Source: an uncultured Prochlorococcus sp.
GTDB taxonomy: Bacteria > Cyanobacteriota > Cyanobacteriia > PCC-6307 > Cyanobiaceae
DNA length: 64,000 nucleotides
Assembly (NCBI GenBank): GCA_902564695.1
Contig: CACFCB010000004.1
Coordinates: 4,630-68,629 of the forward strand
Direction of reading: 5' to 3'
The stretch's first letter is position 1; the number at the start of each line of letters is the position of its first letter. Below the pieces are notes generated by a model. It ran no database searches. It was not told the DNA's origin and was given only the letters and a program-made list of their open reading frames with translations. Shown here in pieces: positions 43,640-54,518 of this stretch. The position numbers and the translations under genes were made by a program.

Positions 43640-44093
43640 AAACCAATCCAAGTCGCATTTAATCCTTTAAATCCACTTGAGTAATTAGATTTTGAAGGAT
43701 GAAAAATCATACAAAGCGGAGTTAATTCTCTTGGAACTATCTTTCTGTGACTAATTCTGACTCAAAAATTGAGTTGAGAATTCCTCAATCAATTTATTGA
43801 ATAAGCAAAAAAGTCTTTTTGGATAATTTAGGAACATTTGTCCTAACTAGTCTATCTACCAAGGAATAATGGTAATTATCCAGCAGATTTACCCAATAGA
43901 AGAAGAAAAATAATAATAATATCAAATTTAATGATTTTATTGTTTACAGCGATGGTGAGGATTCCTTCCTTTACACAATTGGTAAAAGTAAGACTTTGAT
44001 GGTAAAGGAAAATTAATAAAACTGAGGGTTACAACAATTTTAATTACATTTTATATATTAAATGAAAAAAGAATTAAAAGTTAAGTAGACAAA

Positions 44094-45359
44094 TTATAGA
44101 TTTTTCCTTACTGATTGGCCACGTCTGGATACAGATAAACAAAAACCTAAACTTATAAAATTAACTAGCAATGCAGTTCGTCCATAACTCATGAAAGGTA
44201 ATGGTATGCCTGTCACTGGACCGAGGCCAATAGTCATAAATATATTCACCATAACTTGAAAAATAAACATTGAAGCTATACCGATCACTACAAGGGATTC
44301 AAAATCTGTTCGTGCATTAAAAGATATTGTAATTAGTCGAGAAATTAAAATAAAGTATAGAAAAATCACGAACAAAGTCCCAACAAAACCGGACTCTTCT
44401 CCAAGTGCACTAAAAATAAAATCCGTATGTTGTTCTGGTATAAATTTTAATTTTGTTAATTGTCCTTGCAAAAGTCCTGTACCAAGCAATCCCCCTGACC
44501 CAATTCCTATTTTACTTTGAAGCATGTGATAACCTCCACCCAGAGGATCTTTACTGGGATCAAGAAATATAATTAAGCGATCTTTTTGATAATCTTTTAA
44601 AACATTATCCCAAAACCAAGGAGTTATTTTTGCAATAAGTGTATGAAAAAAAAGTACAGATAATGTTAATATTTTCTTATTTGGCAAAGACTTATAAGCC
44701 AAAAAGCCAATAATTGGTATCCAAATAATCAGTCCAATTTCATACAAACAAGCAAGTAATCCAGTAACAAACGCAGCCAAAATGATAAATGCCCACTCGA
44801 AAGGCATTCCTGCCCAATACAACATTCCAAGAAGTATTGCCCCAAAAACAAGAGATGTGCCTAGATCTGGTTGAAGAAAAACCAAAAGCCAAGGGATAAA
44901 AGTAACCAATAAAGGCTTGGCTAAATGAGATAAACTAGAAAATATTTTACGATCTAAGATTGAAGCAAGAGCAAGTATTAAATTTAATTTTGCGAACTCT
45001 GATGGTTGAATATTTAAACCAGCAAAACTAATCCATCTCTGTGCTCCCAATGCAGAAGTTCCACTAAAATTCACATATAAAAGTATTAAAATTGAAAAAA
45101 GATATACTGGTAAAATAAATTTTCTCAAGCCTTGCAAAGGAAATTGAGCTACAAAATAAATAATCAAGAATCCTATATAAGACATTATTGCATGTTGATA
45201 CCAATCTGTAATTCCAAGATTTCTTTGAGTACTTGCAATCAAAAAACAAGCTAAATGTACTAATATAAAAGGGACAATCCAAATCAGAATATCTACATTT
45301 TTCAAAAATCTTTTACCTCTGAATTTGACCAAAGTAGGTATTTTCTTGTTAGCTAGCAC
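44094..45359 (-). CDS. rodA: Rod shape-determining protein RodA (SEDS family)
   Basis: GAQRWI, IQPSEFAK, QPDLGT, PEQHTDFIF, GIPLPFMSYG. Confidence 0.93.
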   Translation of the reverse strand: MLANKKIPTLVKFRGKRFLKNVDILIWIVPFILVHLACFLIASTQRNLGITDWYQHAIMSYIGFLIIYFVAQFPLQGLRKFILPVYLFSILILLYVNFSGTSALGAQRWISFAGLNIQPSEFAKLNLILALASILDRKIFSSLSHLAKPLLVTFIPWLLVFLQPDLGTSLVFGAILLGMLYWAGMPFEWAFIILAAFVTGLLACLYEIGLIIWIPIIGFLAYKSLPNKKILTLSVLFFHTLIAKITPWFWDNVLKDYQKDRLIIFLDPSKDPLGGGYHMLQSKIGIGSGGLLGTGLLQGQLTKLKFIPEQHTDFIFSALGEESGFVGTLFVIFLYFILISRLITISFNARTDFESLVVIGIASMFIFQVMVNIFMTIGLGPVTGIPLPFMSYGRTALLVNFISLGFCLSVSRRGQSVRKNL

Positions 45360-46435
45360 TATTCAGTTAATAATGAATTAAATAAAGTTTCGGCAAGTTC
45401 TAAATAAACATTTGCGGTTATAGAACCTCTAGAAGTATGAACAACTGGAAGGTCCTCACCTGTGCCAGAATAAATATCAGATTCTATTGGAATCTGAGCT
45501 AACAAAGGAACATTATTTTCTTTAGCCAATTGATTACCACCTCCTGAACCAAAAATCTTGTAAGTTTTTTGAGGCTGATCATTAGGGATAAAATAAGTCA
45601 TATTTTCGATTACTCCAAGAATAGGAATATTCATTTGTTTAAACATTGCCAAACCCCTTCTTGAGTCCTGAAGAGATACATTTTGCGGAGTTGTTACTAT
45701 AATTACACCCGCCATAGGAACTGCCTGAGCCAAAGAAAGTTGAGCATCCCCAGTTCCAGGAGGAAGGTCGACAATCAAAAAATCACGTTCTCCCCAAGAA
45801 GCTTGATATAAAAATTGTCGAATAATTCCATTGAGCATTGGTCCACGCCAAATTACTGGCTGATCTTGATCAATTAATAAACCCATTGAAACCATTCCAA
45901 TTCCACAGGTTTCAATCGGAATAATCTGTTGGTCGGACCCTGAACCAGTTACTTCTGGTGTTGTTTCGCTAACACCAAGCATATAAGGAGTATTTGGACC
46001 ATAAATATCTGCATCAAGTAAACCCACCTTAAGTCCCTTTTGACTAAGTGCACATGCCAAATTGACGGCGATAGTACTTTTCCCAACTCCACCTTTTCCA
46101 CTACTTATAGCAATGACATTTTTTACATTTGGGATTGGATTCAATCCTGCTGATTGGGCACCATGTCCTGCTTGTCCAATAGAAGATTGATTAGATGCAT
46201 TTCCTATCTCAATTTGCACTTCTTCAATTTCTTTCAAAGACTTAATTTTTTCCCTGATCTCATAAGCAATTCTCTCTCTTTGTGATTGTGCAAAATCAGG
46301 AAGCGTTAATCTAACAACTATTTTGGGAGGTCTTACAGAAACTATTTTTAGCCATCCAAGCTCGCTAAGAGATCGCTCACTCCCTATATCTTTGACAGAA
46401 TCAAATGCTTTTAAAACCTGCTCGTTTGTAGTCAT
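45359..46435 (-). CDS. mrp: Mrp/ApbC Fe-S cluster carrier ATPase
   Basis: SGKGGVGKST, DADIYGP, WRGPM, DLPPGTGD, ENM. Confidence 0.93.
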   Translation of the reverse strand: MTTNEQVLKAFDSVKDIGSERSLSELGWLKIVSVRPPKIVVRLTLPDFAQSQRERIAYEIREKIKSLKEIEEVQIEIGNASNQSSIGQAGHGAQSAGLNPIPNVKNVIAISSGKGGVGKSTIAVNLACALSQKGLKVGLLDADIYGPNTPYMLGVSETTPEVTGSGSDQQIIPIETCGIGMVSMGLLIDQDQPVIWRGPMLNGIIRQFLYQASWGERDFLIVDLPPGTGDAQLSLAQAVPMAGVIIVTTPQNVSLQDSRRGLAMFKQMNIPILGVIENMTYFIPNDQPQKTYKIFGSGGGNQLAKENNVPLLAQIPIESDIYSGTGEDLPVVHTSRGSITANVYLELAETLFNSLLTE

Positions 46436-46614
46436 TCTTCATTGGTAATACAATTGATAATAGTGAAAAAATCAACTCAATTTCTACTTCCTGACCGAAT
46501 GATATGGCAGTTAGTAATAAGTAAAAACTCTTCGCAATACAAACTTTTCCAATATTGATGTGAAATTTGCATCATTTGAAAGTATTTTTCTAAAACAAGA
46601 GAAAAAAATTAATT

Positions 46615-47661
46615 TTGTCTTCCTCCAAAGCTCAAGCCAATTTACCAGTGAAAGATTCAAGGGATCGAGCCAAAAAGCTTGTTCTAGGGCTTCAGGATGA
46701 AATTTGCTCTGGCCTAGAAGCTATTGATGGAGAGGGAAAGTTTTTAGAGGAATCCTGGGAGAGGCCTGAAGGAGGAGGAGGACGATCAAGAGTCTTAAAA
46801 AATGGGAAAATTTTTGAACAGGGAGGAGTGAATTTTTCTGAAGTACATGGCAATGAACTTCCACCATCAATTATTAGCCAAAGGCCTGAAGCAAAAGGGC
46901 ATTCCTGGTTTGCGACTGGAACCTCAATGGTTCTTCATCCAAAAAGTCCTTACATACCAACTGTTCACCTTAATTACAGATATTTCGAAGCAGGTCCTGT
47001 TTGGTGGTTTGGAGGAGGCGCAGATTTAACTCCTTTTTATCCATATCTATCTGACACTCGTCACTTTCATTCCTGTCACAAAGAAGCATGTGACAAAATC
47101 AATCCAGATCTTCATAAAGTTTTCAAACCTTGGTGTGACGAATATTTCTTCTTAAAACACAGAGCTGAAACGAGAGGAGTTGGAGGTATTTTTTATGACT
47201 ATCAAGATGGATCTGGCTTGCTCTATAAAGGACAAAATTTCGATGGGAAGGCGGCAAAAATTGCACAAGAGATTGGGAATTATTCATTAAATTGGGAGGA
47301 TCTTTTTTCGCTGGCAAAAGCTTGTGGCCAAGCATTTCTGCCCTCATATGAACCAATTATAAAAAAACGACAAAATCAAACGTACTCAAGTAGGGAAAGA
47401 GATTTTCAATTATATAGAAGAGGGAGATATGCCGAATTCAACCTTGTATGGGATAGAGGCACAATTTTTGGTTTACAAACCAATGGAAGAACAGAGTCTA
47501 TCTTGATGTCCTTACCCCCGCTAGCGCGATGGGAGTATGGGTTTCAACCAGAAAAAAATTCACGTGAAGCTTTACTTACAGAGTTATTTACTAAGCCTCA
47601 AGATTGGTTTACAGATATATCGCTGGAAGAAAAGTGTCGTCCTCATCAAGCGTTGGATTAG
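46615..47661 (+). CDS. hemF: Oxygen-dependent coproporphyrinogen III oxidase
   Basis: [38 protein letters not shown]. Confidence 0.97.
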   Translation: MSSSKAQANLPVKDSRDRAKKLVLGLQDEICSGLEAIDGEGKFLEESWERPEGGGGRSRVLKNGKIFEQGGVNFSEVHGNELPPSIISQRPEAKGHSWFATGTSMVLHPKSPYIPTVHLNYRYFEAGPVWWFGGGADLTPFYPYLSDTRHFHSCHKEACDKINPDLHKVFKPWCDEYFFLKHRAETRGVGGIFYDYQDGSGLLYKGQNFDGKAAKIAQEIGNYSLNWEDLFSLAKACGQAFLPSYEPIIKKRQNQTYSSRERDFQLYRRGRYAEFNLVWDRGTIFGLQTNGRTESILMSLPPLARWEYGFQPEKNSREALLTELFTKPQDWFTDISLEEKCRPHQALD

Positions 47662-48433
47662 ATAATCCATTTTTATTAATTCCACTTAAAAAAGCTTGAA
47701 CTATTTCATTGGCTAAGAGATCAATTGTCCTTTGCCTAGTTTTTAAACTTCTAAGATTTTTTTCTAAATAACCTTCCAATTTACCAATTTCAAGAATTCT
47801 TATTTGCCTTCTTGGAGCACCTAATCCTCCTCTAAAGACAATAGGGAATCGTCCGAATTTTTTTGCAATGGATTCATCTATCGTGTTTGGAACTTCAGAA
47901 AAAGGTGGTATCAACCCTGCTCCAACTCCATAATTTCCATAAGAATCAAAATGTATCTCAATCACATAACCTCCTTTCTTTGCAAATTTCTTCCCTACTG
48001 ACCAATTAGTTCTTGGATCATTTGCATCATCAATATTTCTTATTAATGGGTCATAAGATCTAATATCTAAACCTCTTTTTTTGCCAAGTTTCACAATCGA
48101 TGATTGTAATTTTAAATTCCAAAAAAGTTCATCACTAATTTCAGGACTCATTGGATTCTTACCATACTTATGAACAGCTTCGCCAGGAGTCCCTGAGCCC
48201 GAGAGTCCTTGAGAATCTGCATGGCCCGCCAAAATTAATATAGGAATATCTTTATCAACCTCTTTAGTTCCTTTCCAAGAAGCAGGTATATTCACCTTCG
48301 ATCCAACAATCATATCTAGATCTTTAACAAAGTTTAAATTTCCAAGAAAATATAGCTGGGAAAAACTATACGTAAAAGAGAAAAAAGTCACATAAATTAT
48401 AATATTTAAAATTCGATTATTGATCCTTCCCAT
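47609..48433 (-). CDS. Membrane-anchored Amidase_3-like Zn hydrolase (N-acetylmuramoyl-L-alanine amidase-like)
   Basis: N-terminal TM; ILAGHAD...DELFWN...IEIHFD...ILEIG matches the H-E-H-E spacing. Confidence 0.6.
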   Translation of the reverse strand: MGRINNRILNIIIYVTFFSFTYSFSQLYFLGNLNFVKDLDMIVGSKVNIPASWKGTKEVDKDIPILILAGHADSQGLSGSGTPGEAVHKYGKNPMSPEISDELFWNLKLQSSIVKLGKKRGLDIRSYDPLIRNIDDANDPRTNWSVGKKFAKKGGYVIEIHFDSYGNYGVGAGLIPPFSEVPNTIDESIAKKFGRFPIVFRGGLGAPRRQIRILEIGKLEGYLEKNLRSLKTRQRTIDLLANEIVQAFLSGINKNGLSNPTLDEDDTFLPAIYL

Positions 48434-48436
48434 TGA

Positions 48437-48994
48437 TCAAATGGGGGAAGAAAAGAGAGAATTTTCACTAGTCAGCTCAAGGCTCTTTGATAATTCCAAT
48501 TGAATAGCTATAAGCTCATCCCGATGAGCTCTAATTCTCAAAATACTTTTATTCGACAGCTCTGAACTTAATAACTTAAGCTCCAAAAATTCCTCTCTTT
48601 TAGATCTTTTTCTATAAATCATTCCCGTGAGTGGTGCTCCTATTGGAGCCAGCATTAGAGGCCACCAATTCAAAGAAGGGTAAAGCTGAATTAAAACTAG
48701 ACCCAAACTTGCTGCACCAAGTCCTCCTAAGCAAGATAAAAAGACAGCTAAAAAAGGACTAGATGCAACACTTCCATTAAATAACAGTAGTTTTTCTTCG
48801 ACATTTCCTCCATTTTTTTTCCAACCACGTTCTTCTAGCCAAAAGCTAATCCCATTCAAAACTTCCAAAGGAGGTAATGGAGACTGAATGTCGACAACTG
48901 TAGTCCGGTCCTTACTAGCAGCCCTAAGGAAAAACACCAAGCCTATAGCCAATAGGATAGTGAGAAATAAAGTTGAGGAGAATGCAGATTGCAT
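48437..48994 (-). CDS. Cofactor assembly of complex C subunit B (CCB1-like)
   Basis: STLFLTILLAIGLVFFLRAASKDRT, three TM helices, AHRDEL. Confidence 0.8.
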   Translation of the reverse strand: MQSAFSSTLFLTILLAIGLVFFLRAASKDRTTVVDIQSPLPPLEVLNGISFWLEERGWKKNGGNVEEKLLLFNGSVASSPFLAVFLSCLGGLGAASLGLVLIQLYPSLNWWPLMLAPIGAPLTGMIYRKRSKREEFLELKLLSSELSNKSILRIRAHRDELIAIQLELSKSLELTSENSLFSSPI

Positions 48995-49213
48995 CTCAAA
49001 AGTACGGTCAAATATATATTAATTGTTGTAGAAGACATAGCTACATTAATGAGCTGTAAAAAATAAAAATCCTGAAATCCTAATTTTAGAATGCTAATTA
49101 AAAAATATTAGAATAAATAAAATCATTAAATGAATATTTATTTTTGATAATTTAAGGCATTACACTTTTTTAGTACCCGAAAAACTAATTTATCAAATTT
49201 TCTTAAACTCATT

Positions 49214-49858
49214 ATGGCGAAGAAACTTGACAAACCAGCAACTTTCAAGATTTTTGATAGAGACATAGATAAACAAACAGAAACAGCTCTAAGCTCTGTA
49301 TCTGCCTTAGCTATTGATACTGAAGCCATGGGATTAATTCATGGTAGAGATAGATTATGTTTAATCCAAATATGCGATGCATTCGATAATATTATCTGTA
49401 TTCGAATAGCTAAAAATCAAAATTCAGCTCCAAACTTAAAATCTATTCTTGAGAACAAAGAAATTGAAAAAGTCTTTCATTTTGCAAGGTTTGATGTAGC
49501 TGCACTTGCAAGTAATTTGAATATTGCAGTTAACCGAATTTTTTGTACCAAAATTGCAAGCAAAATAGGTAGAACATATAGCCCTAGGCACGGCTTAAAG
49601 GAAGTTGTCATGGAAACTGTTGGTGTCGAATTGGATAAACAAGCTCAAAGCAGTGATTGGGGAAGAGTTGGTGATTTAACTCAAAAACAACTTCTATATG
49701 CTGCAAATGATGTGAGGTATTTACTGGGAGTAAAAGAAAAACTTGAAGAGATGTTGAAACGTGAAGATCGATGGGAACTGACCAAGAAATGTTTCCAATG
49801 TGTCCCAATTTTTTCTGAGCTAGATAGGAGGCGATTTTCAAATATCTTTGACCACTAA
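49214..49858 (+). CDS. rnd: Ribonuclease D-like 3'-5' exonuclease
   Basis: AIDTEAMG..RDRLCLIQ, FHFARFD, QSSDW, YAANDV. Confidence 0.9.
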   Translation: MAKKLDKPATFKIFDRDIDKQTETALSSVSALAIDTEAMGLIHGRDRLCLIQICDAFDNIICIRIAKNQNSAPNLKSILENKEIEKVFHFARFDVAALASNLNIAVNRIFCTKIASKIGRTYSPRHGLKEVVMETVGVELDKQAQSSDWGRVGDLTQKQLLYAANDVRYLLGVKEKLEEMLKREDRWELTKKCFQCVPIFSELDRRRFSNIFDH

Positions 49859-49878
49859 AGTTTTAATCTAAGTATTAA

Positions 49879-50148
49879 TTAATCCTCAAGCATAAAATTT
49901 TCTTCCTCTTTTAGAGCTTTCAATAATTGATCAAAAGATGCCGATGCCGTATCACTATTTTTTTTAGAATCCTCAATAGTTTGATCGAGGATCGTTTGGG
50001 CGATTTTTTTTCTAGATTGCAAATCTTTTTTTCCTTCTTTCGCCGCAGCGACCTCTACTTTTCTTCGAGCAGCTGCGATACTTATACTTAATTGAGATGC
50101 TAATAAAGCACAAATTTTCAGATAATGATGATCTTCAATTAATGGCAT
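49879..50148 (-). CDS. Hypothetical protein
   Basis: 89-aa ORF filling the gap; helical, ending FMLED. Confidence 0.7.
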   Translation of the reverse strand: MPLIEDHHYLKICALLASQLSISIAAARRKVEVAAAKEGKKDLQSRKKIAQTILDQTIEDSKKNSDTASASFDQLLKALKEEENFMLED

Positions 50149-50204
50149 ATGCAGAAGTTAAAGTAAAAATCTTTATAAAATTATTCCATTAAGAATACTA
50201 CGTA

Positions 50205-51518
50205 TTATAAACCCTTGAATAATCTATCCGAAATCATAATAGCTAAAGACTGACTTCCACCATCAGATCCCATACGTTTAGATCCCCTTAAACCAATAAT
50301 CTCTCTATCAAAATTAGAATTTAATAAAAACTCTACCTGTTTTGCAAGCATTTTATAACTTTTAGAAATAGCAACTGCACCGCCTAATAAACGACTTTGA
50401 CGCTTAGCAAACTTGAAATTGAATTGAGGTCCTCTACCAGGCAATGATACACATGGAATTCCAAGACCCACTAATTGTTCAGTAGCTGTTCCTGCATTTG
50501 CTACTCCTACTTCTCCCCAAGTAGCCCAAGAAGAGAATTGATTAAAACCAAGTATTACCCAAAATGAATTCTTTTTCCATATCCCATAAATCCCTAACTC
50601 ACTAATTGATTCATTAGTAGATTTAAAACCTAACTCAGTTAATATCAATTCTATCTTTGTACTCATTGATAAAGAATTTAAAGGTACAAAAACTGCTAAA
50701 GAAGAAGAGATTTCAATTAGTTGAATAGAAATTAAAAGTTGTTTGAAATTTTGATACGCCTCAGGCAAGCGACTTCCACATAACAAAATCAATCTTCTAA
50801 AAGTATCAAAAGTTTTTGGGCATTGAGTCTTTGAAAAACCATCCATCATTGGATTACCTGGTGCAAATGCTTTTACTCCATGATTTCTCAAACCTCGAGC
50901 AGTGATTTTGTCTCTTACAGCAACCATCCTGCACCGATTAGATCTCATCAAGAAATATTCCCATGGATCCCACTCAGTACCTTTTAATCGGTGATAGGAA
51001 TCACTTAAAGAGAACCTGGGCCCACTTGTCCATGTGTAATCACTTTTTGGAGTTCCAATAAAAAAATATTCAGCACCACTAGCCCAAGCGCACAGCAGTG
51101 GCAATAAATCACCAACTGCAACAATGATTCTTCCTTTTCTGGCTGACATATAAATAATATTCCATTGCTTCCAAAGACTTCTGAGTAATCCCGCTCTTAA
51201 ATCTAACAAGAATCCTCTAAAGCTTTGATTACTAAATCCCCCACTTGGTAAAAATGTTGAAAAACCAATTTTTGAAAGCCATCCATCTTCTACATACTTA
51301 CTAAAAACTTTTCCTTCTCCAACCATTGGCAGCACTTCCAAGGTAATACCAGGATTTATTTTATGAAGAGCCTCTATTAGCTTTACAGCAATCACATCCT
51401 CTCCATGTCCATTACTTAGAAACAAGAGTTTTTTTCGAGTCTGGCTGATACGATTTGTGTTGGAAATAAATATCTTATTTTCGGCGGCATGGCCAAGTGG
51501 TAAGGCAGAGGATTGCAA
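50205..51518 (-). CDS. Lipid-A-disaccharide synthase (LpxB)-related glycosyltransferase; start uncertain (TTG 51425 or 51518)
   Basis: SNGHGED, LPSGGF, AVGD, GTPKSDY, GNPMMDG, GSRLPEA, AGTATEQLVGLG.P. Confidence 0.85.
   Translation of the reverse strand: MQSSALPLGHAAENKIFISNTNRISQTRKKLLFLSNGHGEDVIAVKLIEALHKINPGITLEVLPMVGEGKVFSKYVEDGWLSKIGFSTFLPSGGFSNQSFRGFLLDLRAGLLRSLWKQWNIIYMSARKGRIIVAVGDLLPLLCAWASGAEYFFIGTPKSDYTWTSGPRFSLSDSYHRLKGTEWDPWEYFLMRSNRCRMVAVRDKITARGLRNHGVKAFAPGNPMMDGFSKTQCPKTFDTFRRLILLCGSRLPEAYQNFKQLLISIQLIEISSSLAVFVPLNSLSMSTKIELILTELGFKSTNESISELGIYGIWKKNSFWVILGFNQFSSWATWGEVGVANAGTATEQLVGLGIPCVSLPGRGPQFNFKFAKRQSRLLGGAVAISKSYKMLAKQVEFLLNSNFDREIIGLRGSKRMGSDGGSQSLAIMISDRLFKGL
51446..51454 (+). 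promoter_or_regulatory. Extended -10 element, probable tRNA-Cys promoter
   Basis: TG-A-TACGAT about 28 nt upstream of the tRNA. Confidence 0.45.
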
Positions 51519-51553
51519 ATCCTTTATCCCCAGTTCGAATCTGGGTGCCGCCT
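51483..51553 (+). tRNA. trnC: tRNA-Cys(GCA)
   Basis: GGCGGCA...GAGGA-TTGCAAA-TCCTT...AGTTCGAATCT...TGCCGCCT. Confidence 0.96.
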
Positions 51554-51999
51554 TTTGAATTTTGCGGGAAATAATTCTGAAAAATTTTCCTAGGACAATG
51601 CTCCATAAATATCGTGTTGCGAGTCTCAAGGGTTTATTTAATAACCAAGTGTTTTTAAGCGAGAAAAACTCATCTCTGTTTGATTTGAGCTTATATCTAG
51701 CATTCTTACAGGATAGCAACTCATATTCTTTTATTTTCTAGAACTTTCATGAATTAATTCAAAATTTTTTCTCTGAAAAATCGCAAAATATACAATTTTT
51801 TATTAATTTATATATTTTACTATTATATTAAATGATTGCACCAAAAAAAATTCAATATAATCATCAAAACTTGATAATAAGTTTTGATTAAAAACCATCC
51901 ACGCGAAGGAAAGGTTTTTTTTCATTACAATTAAATAGTCAATTTCACAGAAAAACATTAGAAATGAATTATCATTAATCATAACGACTAAAATGCATA

Positions 52000-52431
52000 G
52001 TGTCTGACCAAATTGAATTTAGTTCTTTTTATAGACTTCTTAATTCAATAAAAGAAGGTGATTCGGAAAAAATATCATTATTAGAAAAAAAAGTTGATGA
52101 ATTCAAAAATGGTGGAGACTCTAAAAGTTTTCTAGAAGAATTAGGGAATCTTTATCTATTTATTGGTATTACAGAATTATATAATTACACTAATGAAAAA
52201 GATCTTCAGTCTATAGGCAAAATAAATAAAGACGAGTGGGAAAATTTATCTCTGAAAAATGAAGAAGATCTTCCTATATTCCTTGCCAACAAAATGATCG
52301 ACTATGTTAAAAAGAATAAAAAAGTAAAAGAAATTTCTAAGAAATGGAATATTAGAGAGGGCGAAATTAGAAAGCATATTACTCAAATGGCAAGATATAT
52401 AACCGAAGGAATTATTGATGTAATTGAGTGA
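52000..52431 (+). CDS. Hypothetical protein
   Basis: 143-aa ORF (GTG start) in very AT-rich DNA; no recognised motif. Confidence 0.7.
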   Translation: MSDQIEFSSFYRLLNSIKEGDSEKISLLEKKVDEFKNGGDSKSFLEELGNLYLFIGITELYNYTNEKDLQSIGKINKDEWENLSLKNEEDLPIFLANKMIDYVKKNKKVKEISKKWNIREGEIRKHITQMARYITEGIIDVIE

Positions 52432-52507
52432 TTACCTAGTCAATTAAACTTTAACCTAAATGTAGAAATTATTTAAAAATATTCTGTCTAGATTATGAAA
52501 ATTAGAA

Positions 52508-52693
52508 TTAATAATCACTATCAGCGACACAAATACCTAGACATCTTAAACCATTATTAGCAGTTCTTCCACAATGATCACATAACACTTTTTCATGTTT
52601 TATGCTTTTTTCTTCTAATTTTTCATTTACCTCATTATTATGATTAATATCTATATTAAATGAAGAATTTTCTAAACTATTTATTTTGTTCAT
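52508..52693 (-). CDS. Small protein with a 4-Cys motif
   Basis: CDHCGRTANNGLRCLGICVADSDY C-terminus. Confidence 0.7.
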   Translation of the reverse strand: MNKINSLENSSFNIDINHNNEVNEKLEEKSIKHEKVLCDHCGRTANNGLRCLGICVADSDY

Positions 52694-52744
52694 GTAAGAT
52701 AACCCTAAATATTTTTTTTACTTTTAAATAACAAAAATGTGGTC

Positions 52745-53716
52745 ATGAGAAAAAAAGCAAATGGAATAGGCTTTGGAACTTGGGCATGGGGAAATAAACT
52801 TGTATGGGGCTATAAATCCGAAACAGATGATATTTTACTAAAAAAAACTTTTTTTGATGCAATTAATGGGGGATTAGATTTTGTTGATACTGCAGATTCA
52901 TATGGTACAGGAAGCTTATTTGGTCAAAGTGAAAAACTGATTGGCACTTTCCTAGAGAAATTTCCAAAACAAAAGCTAAAAAAGATTACTATCGCAACAA
53001 AGCTGGCGCCCTTTCCCTGGAGAGTTGGTCGCAATGGACTTCATAAAGCTTTTAGAGAAAGTAATAATCGTTTGAAAGGAAACTTACAAAGAGTGCAACT
53101 TCATTGGAGTACTTATCGTTATGCACCCTGGCAAGAAGAACAATTACTTAATGGCCTGGTGGATTTATATGAGGAAGGTTCTATTAAAGAAATTGGTCTC
53201 TCTAATACTGGTCCAAAACGAATAAACTTCTTATATCAAAAGCTAAAAAAACGAGGCATTAAAATCAAAAGTATTCAACTGCAATTTTCATTGTTAACTA
53301 AACCATCTATACAAGAAGAAGAAATCCAAAATATATGTAATGAGAACAATATTGAATATTTAGCTTATAGTCCTCTAGCACTTGGGATTCTTACTATCCC
53401 ACCTAATGAATTCCCAAAACCTTCAACATTCCTACGACAACAATTATTTCGAAAAATACTTCCAAAAACTAGTGAGTTAAGAAACTTATTAGCAAATATT
53501 GCTAATCATAACTCTGTTTCTCAAGCTCAAGTCGCCTTGAACTGGGTGAGGTCTCACGGTGCTAAACCAATTGTTGGGCTCCGTAATCCTTTGCAAGCAA
53601 GGGATGCCATTTCAGCACTTAATTGGTCCTTAACTCAAAAAGAGAGAGAAAAATTAGATTATTTTAGAAATAAATGTCAAATAAATATGCCCAAAAATCC
53701 TTTCAATAGTCCATAA
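52745..53716 (+). CDS. Aldo/keto reductase
   Basis: GFGTWAWG, DTADSYG, ATK, QLHW, AYSPLALG. Confidence 0.92.
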   Translation: MRKKANGIGFGTWAWGNKLVWGYKSETDDILLKKTFFDAINGGLDFVDTADSYGTGSLFGQSEKLIGTFLEKFPKQKLKKITIATKLAPFPWRVGRNGLHKAFRESNNRLKGNLQRVQLHWSTYRYAPWQEEQLLNGLVDLYEEGSIKEIGLSNTGPKRINFLYQKLKKRGIKIKSIQLQFSLLTKPSIQEEEIQNICNENNIEYLAYSPLALGILTIPPNEFPKPSTFLRQQLFRKILPKTSELRNLLANIANHNSVSQAQVALNWVRSHGAKPIVGLRNPLQARDAISALNWSLTQKEREKLDYFRNKCQINMPKNPFNSP

Positions 53717-53722
53717 AGAATT

Positions 53723-54355
53723 TTAATTATCAGGACTAACCACTACCTTCATTGAATCTGAAGAAGGTGGAATACTAATAACTTTTGCAGGTGGAATTGG
53801 TTGAGAACTTGAGCTTTTTTCAAGTTTTTCTTTTTCAGGCTCTTTGTCATCTTGAGCACAAGCTTCTAATGCTTCCCTCAAAAGAGAATCAAAAGTAGCT
53901 CCTGGCAATCGGTGTCTAGCAACTTCAAGAAATGTAAGGGGTAGAGATTCAGAAGCAGCATCTTTTAACGCAGGATTATTTTTACGATGTTCTTGTTCAT
54001 CCTGAATTGCTCGAATAAACCGCAGAGTCACTTCATGTTTAGTCGAAGCCTTAATTAAAGTATCGTTATCACTCTGCCCATTAGTTGCTTCTAGCTCTAA
54101 ATCATTAATTCTGCTCTCTAAACTATTAAGAACTTCATCAGCTTCTTTACCAATATGAGAAAGTTGTCCATCAGACAAATTTGGTAAATCTGCAACATAT
54201 ACTTTTCCATGATCTCTAAGAGTTAGAAAAGTTGGACGAGGTCCCGAATTTTGTCTCATTGTCCCTTCAGCTTGGCCACCCAAAGGTCTTCTTGGAGGGG
54301 TTGGACCTGCAGAACTTCTCCTACGCGTTAGACGCTGTTGATTTTCAAAAGGCAT
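53723..54355 (-). CDS. Conserved hypothetical protein
   Basis: 210-aa ORF (RPTFLTLRDHGKVYVADLP...FLEVARHRLPG); function not assignable. Confidence 0.75.
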   Translation of the reverse strand: MPFENQQRLTRRRSSAGPTPPRRPLGGQAEGTMRQNSGPRPTFLTLRDHGKVYVADLPNLSDGQLSHIGKEADEVLNSLESRINDLELEATNGQSDNDTLIKASTKHEVTLRFIRAIQDEQEHRKNNPALKDAASESLPLTFLEVARHRLPGATFDSLLREALEACAQDDKEPEKEKLEKSSSSQPIPPAKVISIPPSSDSMKVVVSPDN

Positions 54356-54518
54356 AGAGCTAATTAAGATCTAACTTCGCATTACCCGAACTAAATATCC
54401 GGCTAGCGTTTTATAATATCTTACTGTTTTTTTACCAATATAGAAAACCTTTTTTTAACTTCATTGTTTAAATACAATCAAAGTAATGTGGGATTTGTAA
54501 AAATTAGGCTAAAACAGT

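Noticed and set aside
43900-44016. Protein-like stop-free stretch (…FNDFIVYSDGEDSFLYTIGKSK…) in the hik2-rodA spacer
   Set aside because: No usable start codon and only about 38 codons; a pseudogene cannot be supported without a homology search.
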